Positions 57,105-64,000 of a stretch of DNA of 64,000 nt are shown piece by piece. The DNA is taken from the IMG/VR virus record IMGVR_UViG_3300046808_001241, positions 153,183-217,182 of that record, one strand, 5' to 3'. The notes beneath the pieces are model-generated. The model had not been told where the DNA came from and made no database searches. It saw nothing but the letters and a program-made list of their open reading frames with translations. The first letter of the stretch is position 1; each line of letters starts with the position of its first letter. A program made the position numbers and the translations under genes.

Positions 57105-57380
57105 ATGAGATCCGCTTGCAGAAATTTTGTACAAAGATTACAAAAACATAGAACGATTGCTTTGCCGCCGAAGCACGAATTGTTTCACAGACAAACAACT
57201 ACATCAATAGCTCAACCAATTAACTATCTACCAGAAGAAAATTTTACATTCAATCTTTCCAATTCAACCGATACAGACGGAGACGGTTATACAGACGAAG
57301 TAGAAACACTAGCAGGGACAGACATTAATGATTCAGCAGACTTTCCTGTTTCCCTTTTTAATGTATTCAATGGAGTTTAA
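57105..57380 (+). CDS. Small protein with Ca-binding DTDGDG repeat
   Basis: TDTDGDGYTDEVETLAGTD; CATAAGTA 5 nt upstream of ATG. Confidence 0.6.
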   Translation: MRSACRNFVQRLQKHRTIALPPKHELFHRQTTTSIAQPINYLPEENFTFNLSNSTDTDGDGYTDEVETLAGTDINDSADFPVSLFNVFNGV

Positions 57381-57382
57381 AC

Positions 57383-58861
57383 ATGCAGAATAAAATTCAA
57401 TTAAACAATACCGGAACATTTACAAAGCAGAATTCTGTAAGTTTTGATCCATCATTGTGGGCAGCAACTAACGGAACGATCAATTGGTCGTCAGTGCCAG
57501 ACGAGACCCCATATACAGAAGCCGATGTCTTTCATACTCAGCTTACACACACCCCAGCAACGAGTGCAGATATTGGTTGGACGATAAGAGTTGGTAAAGG
57601 AGGACAGCTTTATTATATCGATTTAGAAGGTTTGGGACAAATAATATGCCCTAATAGATCATTTTCCCCTTGGAATGATGATTGCATGACAACAACTGTT
57701 TATAGTTCTGATGTCGTTGATACCGATGATGAATTAAAGGTTGGATCCTATAACGACAATTGGGTTAATGGTTATATTCACGGTTCTGGTATGTATGTCA
57801 AACCTCACATGGATCCGCTAAACAATAAAGCATTTTTTAATCCGATCTTGCACGAAGAGTTTAATGGTAGCGACAGAAGTTATTCGATTATTAACTGGGG
57901 TCTTGTTCCAAAGCCTTCCATTAATCGCGGAGATGTATTATTTTATTCCAGATATAGAGATATTGGCAATGGAGTTCTGGAAATTACATTCTATTGCTAT
58001 AATTTTGGAAACAGAGTTTATGATTTTGCAGAAACTCCATGGTGGGCTGTGCGACCCAGCAGATTTCCAAATATGGTTGAAGGAATAAATGGAACGTCGT
58101 CGTTTAAAGTAAATAACAGAGTATTTGGAACCGGTTCAATCCCACCCAAAGGAGGTTGGGGAGCACATACAGTCAATCCTTCGGATCCAAATTCAATAGC
58201 ATGTGCATTAGTTTGGGGTTCAACGAGCACGGGAATGGGTGTAAATTTTGGAGTAGTTAATACTGGAGAAAGAGACATGGCTTTAATTGCTCCATCGAAA
58301 TCGGTCTTTTCGATGCCGTACGGTACAGGAATTAGATATAGAAGGTATTGCGTTTTTGGAAAGCTATCAAACGTTGCAGATATATGTTCAAAATTAGATC
58401 AATATTCATTCTTTGAAGAAATAGAATTTCCTGAAACAAATTCAGGTAAGCTTCCTCTATACAACGGACTTGCAGAAGGACAAACGATTTTATCAAAAAC
58501 TCCGAACGGTTCGCCAGTTTGTTATACATATCCAATTCCTGTTAAAGATTCCTTGCCTTTGTTATTAATGAAGAACAAATCAACCAATACATATTTCTTA
58601 ACAACCGATCCGTATGCTGCTTGCAATAAAGATCCTTTTACAAATCCTTATCCAGTTGGTCATCCAAAATATGCAACGTATCAAAATAGACACGTTTATC
58701 AAGTCTATGATGACAATTCAGAATGGATTTCATTGCTTGGTTTCGTAAAAATAATTGATAGTCCGCTTCTTCCTGGTTTCGTACCGTTGTCGGATGTCGT
58801 TTCCACTCCTTTTGTTACTGGAGAAAAGACACCAGCGGGCCAACTAATGGTAATGGTTTAG
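57383..58861 (+). CDS. Large beta-rich hypothetical protein (possibly glycan-related)
   Basis: 492 aa; W.IRVGKGGQLY start suggests a galactose-mutarotase-like beta sandwich (weak). Confidence 0.7.
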   Translation: MQNKIQLNNTGTFTKQNSVSFDPSLWAATNGTINWSSVPDETPYTEADVFHTQLTHTPATSADIGWTIRVGKGGQLYYIDLEGLGQIICPNRSFSPWNDDCMTTTVYSSDVVDTDDELKVGSYNDNWVNGYIHGSGMYVKPHMDPLNNKAFFNPILHEEFNGSDRSYSIINWGLVPKPSINRGDVLFYSRYRDIGNGVLEITFYCYNFGNRVYDFAETPWWAVRPSRFPNMVEGINGTSSFKVNNRVFGTGSIPPKGGWGAHTVNPSDPNSIACALVWGSTSTGMGVNFGVVNTGERDMALIAPSKSVFSMPYGTGIRYRRYCVFGKLSNVADICSKLDQYSFFEEIEFPETNSGKLPLYNGLAEGQTILSKTPNGSPVCYTYPIPVKDSLPLLLMKNKSTNTYFLTTDPYAACNKDPFTNPYPVGHPKYATYQNRHVYQVYDDNSEWISLLGFVKIIDSPLLPGFVPLSDVVSTPFVTGEKTPAGQLMVMV

Positions 58862-58895
58862 AATTGACCTGCAAAATTCCCTTATAAATAGAATT

Positions 58896-59225
58896 CTAAT
58901 GCAGTTTCCCAAACCAATAAGCAGCATCAGCGACAACGTCTGGATTGATCTTCTTGTAGTCTCCCAGATGACCAAAATGAAGATGGTGGTTGCAAGACTT
59001 GATTCCTTCGCATAATGTAATCAAATTGGTTGGATCCAGTTCTTTAGAAGGATCGGCAGAAAAAGAGATAATATGGTGGATTTCCAATTTCTTTGTTCCT
59101 CCACATACTGCACAAGTTGGAAACATTTGCAGATGCTTCTTCCTAACCGCTGGCCACTTGGAAGAACGCTTGGAACCAACCTTGGCTTTTCCTTGAATAA
59201 CGTCCTTTATGTGCTTTAGGATCAC
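58896..59225 (-). CDS. Small HNH endonuclease
   Basis: CAVCG...EIHHI...NLITLC...HHL.FGH. Confidence 0.85.
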   Translation of the reverse strand: MILKHIKDVIQGKAKVGSKRSSKWPAVRKKHLQMFPTCAVCGGTKKLEIHHIISFSADPSKELDPTNLITLCEGIKSCNHHLHFGHLGDYKKINPDVVADAAYWFGKLH

Positions 59226-59238
59226 AACAGTATTTAGT

Positions 59239-59472
59239 TTAGATGGTCTTCTTCAGGCGATCGTCCTGCCTCTTGATTTCTTCCAGATAATGAATGAGGA
59301 TCTTAATATCCTGATCTTTCATGTAGATCTCTTTGCCAGCTCGTTCTAAAGCCCGGCCAGCTTCATTCATCCTCTTCTTATACTCATCAGCAACAAATCC
59401 ATCATAATATAAGCCGACTCCAATTGCTCCGAAACATATTCCCAAAAGCCAGCTTGAAATGATATCCTTCAC
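59239..59472 (-). CDS. Small membrane-anchored coiled-coil protein
   Basis: N-terminal TM segment followed by coiled coil. Confidence 0.65.
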   Translation of the reverse strand: MKDIISSWLLGICFGAIGVGLYYDGFVADEYKKRMNEAGRALERAGKEIYMKDQDIKILIHYLEEIKRQDDRLKKTI

Positions 59473-59489
59473 AACAACTAATTAAGATT

Positions 59490-59615
59490 ATGACTGCAGA
59501 AGAACTACAGGAAGAAAACAAAGAACTTAAAGAACAAATCGAAGAACTAAAACAAATTATAGATAGCCTTCGAAACGTTACAGCAACAAACAACCTGAAG
59601 ACCTTTGGAAATTAA
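59490..59615 (+). CDS. 41-aa coiled-coil peptide (not in track)
   Basis: MTAEELQEENKELKEQIEELK...; 5 nt after palindromic TAATTA, terminator follows. Confidence 0.6.
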   Translation: MTAEELQEENKELKEQIEELKQIIDSLRNVTATNNLKTFGN

Positions 59616-59648
59616 AAAAGCTCCCAAAGACTAGCTAAGGGAGCTTTT
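59614..59648. terminator. Bidirectional terminator
   Basis: A6-GCTCCC...GGGAGC-TTTT. Confidence 0.7.
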
Positions 59649-59664
59649 GTTAGGAGAGAAGAGC

Positions 59665-59919
59665 TTAAACTTCCTCAGAAGCTACTGGAAGGAGAGCCTC
59701 ATACTGTTCTTGAGTAAGTTCATCACAAGCCTCAGCAGCAAACCTCTGAGCAATTGGTTCGATAGCTGCAATTAAGCAGCAACCATCTTCTGCCTTTGTT
59801 GCTTCTGCTGCGGGAGTAAACCATGTAGAAGCATGATTATTAGGATAACCAGACTCTGCATCCATAGCAAGTCTAATTGTTTCGTATTTATCGGGCATGA
59901 TTTTGAAGTATTTGTTCAT
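59665..59919 (-). CDS. Cassette 3 gene B (unrelated body, LLPVASEEV end)
   Basis: Shares only the C-terminal ~9 codons with cassette 1/2 gene B. Confidence 0.75.
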   Translation of the reverse strand: MNKYFKIMPDKYETIRLAMDAESGYPNNHASTWFTPAAEATKAEDGCCLIAAIEPIAQRFAAEACDELTQEQYEALLPVASEEV

Positions 59920-59928
59920 ATGATTTTA

Positions 59929-60744
59929 TTAGTAAAGGTTCCACTTATTGTTGAGGTATAATTCAACTCCTTGTCGTTGGGATGTCGTTAATACCGAGTT
60001 GTAGATAATCACCTCTGCAATATCTCCATTTAGGTAATCTGGGGCGTAGGTGTCGCCGCCGAGGGAGGTCACGGCTGAGTTGGTGTCTGGAGTGCTCCCG
60101 GCAGTCTGGAATCCCCCCACTCGATCTGTTCCCGCTCCGTTTTTGTACGCAGTAAGAGCAGCGGATCCGTAGTTGTGAACTGATCCAGCAAGCACCCATT
60201 CGTTGGTAGACATGCTCGCAGCTTTCACAAATTGGTATCCATTACTATCAAGGCGACGGCCACCGGCTTCTATGGTGGTGGTCAGGTAGATTGTGGCGCG
60301 TGTAGTGTTGGATAACCCACCTATGCTGTTATGAATAATAGCTTGAGAACCAGATAATGCTTTTGCAGTTTTGCAAACAGCGAACATTGTTAGGCCGGTT
60401 GTGTTGCGTACAATCGGACTGGACGAAAGAGTCAAGATGTCGTTTGATCCGTCGAATCTTAAAACGTTTTTGCCGTTTTTAATCCCGGTTTTTAAAATCG
60501 GCCTTGCATTGGCAGTGTCTTGCGTTAAGTGACGAGCGTTTCCGGATTTATCTTCAATCCGAGCCACAGCAGATCCATCAGTAGTAACTAATGATCCTCC
60601 AACAGTAGAATCATAAAGCGTATTAGAATCTGCAGCATCCAACCAAAGCTGCAGCCCTGAAATGTCTGAAGGCGTTTGCGGACCAGTATCGAATATAGTT
60701 TTGCCTTGAATGTTTGTTTTACCGAGTAGTTTAATTAGTGACAT
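59929..60744 (-). CDS. Cassette 3 gene A, LamG/concanavalin-like domain protein
   Basis: LQLWLDAAD, LRFDGSND, YLNGDIAEVIIYNSVL...VELYLNNKW; first 21 aa shared with cassettes 1/2. Confidence 0.8.
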   Translation of the reverse strand: MSLIKLLGKTNIQGKTIFDTGPQTPSDISGLQLWLDAADSNTLYDSTVGGSLVTTDGSAVARIEDKSGNARHLTQDTANARPILKTGIKNGKNVLRFDGSNDILTLSSSPIVRNTTGLTMFAVCKTAKALSGSQAIIHNSIGGLSNTTRATIYLTTTIEAGGRRLDSNGYQFVKAASMSTNEWVLAGSVHNYGSAALTAYKNGAGTDRVGGFQTAGSTPDTNSAVTSLGGDTYAPDYLNGDIAEVIIYNSVLTTSQRQGVELYLNNKWNLY

Positions 60745-61103
60745 ATGTGCCTTTTATTTATCCAATTCATTTTTTTTTTGCCTATGAATAAAGAAAAATT
60801 TATAAGACCAACCCATAAAATAATACACGAGAATTTTAAACGATTTCCCGTAGCTAGAATAATAATAAAATAATATCAAAAATAGTAATATAATCTCCAG
60901 AGCAGAGCCCAATTAGCTAAAAATTAATAAAAATTCCCCTGATAACCTTACAGAAATATATTACCAGAATTTTTCCGTAGAAATTTAATAAGTTCTCGAC
61001 GCTAGAAAAGATAAAAAAATAATAACAAAATTGTCCAATAAATTCCGCTTAGCAAATAAAAGAATACTTGTCCTGTCCAATGCTTCAGGAGAGACTAATA
61101 AAG

Positions 61104-61712
61104 ATGAAGACACAAGCACAAGAGATAGCTTCTTATATCCAAGAAGAGTACGAGAAAGAACTCAACAAGAGGAATTCTGAGGAATGTTCACGAAGTGAAG
61201 AGAATTCGCGTAGCAGTGACCAGATCAAAGAGAATTCGCGTAGCAGTGCAGAGATCTCTACAGATACTGAGAAATTGTCACGAAGTGAGAGGAATTCCGG
61301 AGAGTACTTTAGAGACAGTAAGCAGGCCCATACAAAGGCTTCTCTCAACATTCGGATAAACAATCTCCAATTCCGCTCTACGAGCCAATCTTCTGGAGAG
61401 TTCATCAAGTGGTCTGTCAATCCTCTTCACAACAATCTCCTCTCTTACCTGGACAATGGCTGGGAAGATCATGGAGATCGTATTACTAAGTCTCATTGCT
61501 CTATGCAGAAGTCTCTCTTCAGTCTTCCAGAGACTTGTATAGTTATTGGTTGGCTAACAGTTTGTCCAGATGAGAATTGTTGTGATCTCTCTTCTGTAGG
61601 TCCTCGGATTCTTGAGTTGTCTCTCTCTGAAAGGAATGACTTCTTTGAGGTCTATACTCTAGCTGAAACTAAACTTCTTACTCTCTCTAATGAATCAGAA
61701 AACGAAAATTGA
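61104..61712 (+). CDS. Hypothetical protein with Ser/Arg/Glu repeats
   Basis: ATG 7 nt after TTGTCC-17-GAGACT; ENSRSS repeated. Confidence 0.5.
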   Translation: MKTQAQEIASYIQEEYEKELNKRNSEECSRSEENSRSSDQIKENSRSSAEISTDTEKLSRSERNSGEYFRDSKQAHTKASLNIRINNLQFRSTSQSSGEFIKWSVNPLHNNLLSYLDNGWEDHGDRITKSHCSMQKSLFSLPETCIVIGWLTVCPDENCCDLSSVGPRILELSLSERNDFFEVYTLAETKLLTLSNESENEN

Positions 61713-61941
61713 AATCTATGAAAAGCTTCTCTATAAGCTGGCACATTATTACTCTACTTCTGAAGCTGGAGGAGTTGATGAGCTTTGTAAGAATGTTGAC
61801 CGATGGGTCTATAGTCTCTCTCAGGAGAATTCTGAAGAAACAGATAGGTTAATTGACTGGGCTTATAGGACTTTGGATAAGACTCCTCATACTGATAGGA
61901 CTATTAGGCACCGGTTGAAGAAATCAAAAGTTCTTGTATAG
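61690..61941 (+). CDS. Hypothetical protein
   Basis: 83 aa ORF. Confidence 0.6.
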   Translation: MNQKTKIEIYEKLLYKLAHYYSTSEAGGVDELCKNVDRWVYSLSQENSEETDRLIDWAYRTLDKTPHTDRTIRHRLKKSKVLV

Positions 61942-61950
61942 TATTTTTAA

Positions 61951-62166
61951 ATGAAAATTAAAGACTTCGAAGATAGTTTCTACTGGTGGCTTGAAGAGAT
62001 TCCTGTAGATGAGATTGAGGATGTAGAGGCTCAGAAGATCATTGAGGACTATAGGGAAGGTACCTATGATGTTACTCAAGCTTCCACAATGCTTGAAACA
62101 TTCTGTGCGGAATCTATTAAGAGTTGGATTGACATGAACAAGCAATACGGAAAGATGTTCAAATGA
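61951..62166 (+). CDS. Small acidic hypothetical protein
   Basis: 71 aa ORF. Confidence 0.65.
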   Translation: MKIKDFEDSFYWWLEEIPVDEIEDVEAQKIIEDYREGTYDVTQASTMLETFCAESIKSWIDMNKQYGKMFK

Positions 62167-62324
62167 TCACTATTCTTTACTTCATTTGGATTGCATATAC
62201 AGTAACTTCTCTCTCTGTAATTCTTGGGCTGGTTTTTCTCTCGATTCTTGCAAAGGCTGAGAAGAAAAAGAATGATCTAAGGATTCGAGAAATGCTTACA
62301 AAGAGACCGACTGATTCAGAATAG
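62163..62324 (+). CDS. Small membrane protein (not in track)
   Basis: MITILYFIWIAYTVTSLSVILGLVFLSILAKAEKKK..., ATGA overlap. Confidence 0.6.
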   Translation: MITILYFIWIAYTVTSLSVILGLVFLSILAKAEKKKNDLRIREMLTKRPTDSE

Positions 62325-62336
62325 ATTCTCTCTCTC

Positions 62337-62410
62337 GCAGTATTAGTTTAATGGTAGAACGGAGCTCTTCCAAAGCCCAGACGAGAGTTCGATTCTCTCA
62401 TGCTGCACCA
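62337..62410 (+). tRNA. tRNA-Gly(TCC)
   Basis: GCAGTAT/ATGCTGC acceptor stem, D arm GTTT..GAAC, loop CTTCCAA, T arm GAGAG-TTCGATT-CTCTC, encoded CCA; one A-C mismatch in the anticodon stem. Confidence 0.92.
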
Positions 62411-62554
62411 TTCTCTACCAGAACATTTTCTCTCCCTTCTCTCTACACTCTTCTCTCCCGAAGGACAGATCAACAGTTTACACAGCTCTTGATTCTCAAT
62501 ACTTTACATCAGTTCTAACAAAAAGAACAACAACAAGTTACAAACTGTCCCAAT

Positions 62555-63175
62555 TCTTATAAAGCTTTTCAAATCAACAAGTAACGTAAACCCTTTAAAG
62601 CCAACGAGCTACACAAGATAAAATCTATATACCCCTGAGTAACAAACCTTGAAAGAGATTGATCTCTCGTTAGCCCTGTCCTTGTTTTTGGTCATCCGAG
62701 GCTCGCTGACCTTTTCCGAATATGATTCTATCTTCAGAGCTTTGGTTGGACAAGTCACCAAGAATTTTGGGGCCTTTAAGTCTCACTCAATGACTTTTTC
62801 GGTTAGGTGGCGCTGTGGACATAATCCCCCCGTGGACCCTTTTGAAAGGGTTGGGAGGATTATTTGACACTTCAATACTTTTCGTATGAGTCTGTATGCC
62901 GCGTAAGGTCTTTCGACCGTAGTTCTTCAGATTACTTCTAATCAACGACTCTGGTTCCTATATCATCGATTCGAACTACTCCCCACATTCGGAACGGGTT
63001 TTCATTCATTCAGATTTGGTTAGCTAGCAGTCCACTCCTACACTCCAGACAAGAGCTTATAGTGGATGTTGTTTAACGAGTGACGTTCTCATTGAGTCCT
63101 TTGACTCGAACCAAACTATTCGTTGATGGTCGTCCTAACTCGCTTCAACCATTACAGTTAAAGCTTTATGTTCAT
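62555..63175 (-). ncRNA. Large structured ncRNA candidate (ROOL/GOLLD-like)
   Basis: No credible ORF; GATAAATA promoter at 63180-63187; 10-bp end-to-end helix 63160-63169/62559-62568; many hairpins including GGUC-GAAA-GACC; next to a tRNA. Confidence 0.65.
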
Positions 63176-63239
63176 ATTTTATTTATCTATTTCCTTGAAA
63201 TTTTTTTGAATTATTGTATGTTTTGTATAAATAATTTTT

Positions 63240-63311
63240 GCTCCAGTACAGAGATTATTCTTTAAACTCGCTTTAAGGCTTTATGTTCACCCTCTGTACT
63301 GGAGCTTTTTT
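63240..63311 (+). ncRNA. Candidate hairpin small RNA B (antisense to large ncRNA 5' end)
   Basis: TATAAATA 63226-63233, GCTCCAGTACAGAG/CTCTGTACTGGAGC 14-bp stem, 38-nt loop, T6; loop 63274-63289 matches 63159-63174 at 15/16. Confidence 0.7.
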
Positions 63312-63327
63312 AATAATTAAATTTCCA

Positions 63328-63531
63328 ATGAATTACAATTTTGAAGTCAAAATAAGAAACAACGAGCCGATCGACAGAGCACTGAAAGTATTAAAAGGCA
63401 AGCTTGAATCAGATGGCCTCTTTGATGTAGTCCGTTCGAAGAGATCGTTTGAGACTCCGACCCAAAAGAAGAAGAGGAAACTCAAAGCTGCCCACAAGAA
63501 GGCCAAGCAGGCCAGATCTCGCAGAGACTAG
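63328..63531 (+). CDS. rpsU: Ribosomal protein bS21
   Basis: EVKIRNNEPIDRALKVLK...RSFETPTQKKKRK; start reassigned to MNYNF, 8 nt after AATAATTA. Confidence 0.88.
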   Translation: MNYNFEVKIRNNEPIDRALKVLKGKLESDGLFDVVRSKRSFETPTQKKKRKLKAAHKKAKQARSRRD

Positions 63532-63683
63532 TCTTTTCTATACAGTTCAACGTAGAGTTGATCAAAACGATTTATACGCGATCCTAGTGCCAAGACGGCC
63601 TGGATTTGCGTACGGGCTTTGTCTAGAGATCTTGAACAAAGATGTTGCCTTGTCCAAAAGGATTCTCGAATATAGACAGCGTT

Positions 63684-63890
63684 ATGAATACAAAATTGTC
63701 AGATGCACAAAAGCAACTAATCGACGACCTGATTGCAAATACTATCCTTCCTGCTTTGCAAGAAGACGTTTGCATTCCAAATATGGATGACATGGATGAA
63801 GGACATCCAGCACACGATCTAGTCTATGAAGATCGTGTAGATGTGCTTTATGGTGAAGCACTTAACTATCTCAAGAACAACCTCCTCTAA
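63684..63890 (+). CDS. Small acidic hypothetical protein
   Basis: Start MNTKL, behind TTGCCT-17-GAATAT. Confidence 0.65.
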   Translation: MNTKLSDAQKQLIDDLIANTILPALQEDVCIPNMDDMDEGHPAHDLVYEDRVDVLYGEALNYLKNNLL

Positions 63891-63905
63891 TAGAAAGAAT
63901 TGTAT

Positions 63906-64000
63906 ATGAAAGTAAATAGCCTAATCCTCCTAGCACTAATGCTTCCACTCGTTGGCTGTTCGACTGTTGATCAAGCCAAGAAGGATTTCAAGAACTTTAA
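63906..64000 (+). CDS. Putative lipoprotein (partial)
   Basis: MKVNSLILLALMLPLVGC lipobox; runs off the window end. Confidence 0.65.
   Translation, partial: MKVNSLILLALMLPLVGCSTVDQAKKDFKNF

Noticed and set aside
62649-62867. 72-aa plus-strand ORF (and 63080-63265)
   Set aside because: Non-ATG starts, no promoter, atypical composition; overlaps the structured RNA
62555-63175. Group I/II intron, tmRNA or RNase P RNA
   Set aside because: It does not interrupt a gene; no recognisable P7 core, domain V, tRNA-like CCA end or GAGGAAAGUCC motif
1-64000. Stop-codon reassignment
   Set aside because: Long intact ORFs under the standard code; TAA, TAG and TGA all end well-defined genes; no suppressor tRNA

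Overview
AT-rich 64 kb segment of a large T4-like (contractile-tail) bacteriophage genome. The ClpC, bS21 and DTDGDG-repeat proteins suggest a Verrucomicrobia/PVC host (recognised from memory, not by search). Contents: baseplate/tail modules (1-10.1 kb, 17.8-28.9 kb, 33.8-42 kb); nucleotide metabolism and replication genes (nrdB, nrdA, dCTP deaminase-like, clamp loader, HAD nucleotidase, RadA-like ATPase); three free-standing endonuclease genes; host-like genes (clpC, hsp20, rfbB, rpsU, DksA-like); three ADP-ribosyltransferase-fold paralogs; three related two-gene cassettes; and tRNA-Gly. Best novelty candidates: (1) two small hairpin RNA units of identical geometry (late promoter, 14-bp stem, 38-nt loop, U6), each carrying a 16-17 nt antisense copy of the 5' end of the divergently transcribed neighbour, a GIY-YIG endonuclease mRNA in one case and a ~620 nt structured ncRNA in the other; (2) that large ROOL/GOLLD-like RNA; (3) near-universal placement of promoters 5-10 nt from start codons, implying leaderless mRNAs, including two ~20 bp bidirectional promoters; (4) an endonuclease that ends in a duplicate of the NrdB C-terminal tail. 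Family calls come from motif recognition only; no database searches were run.
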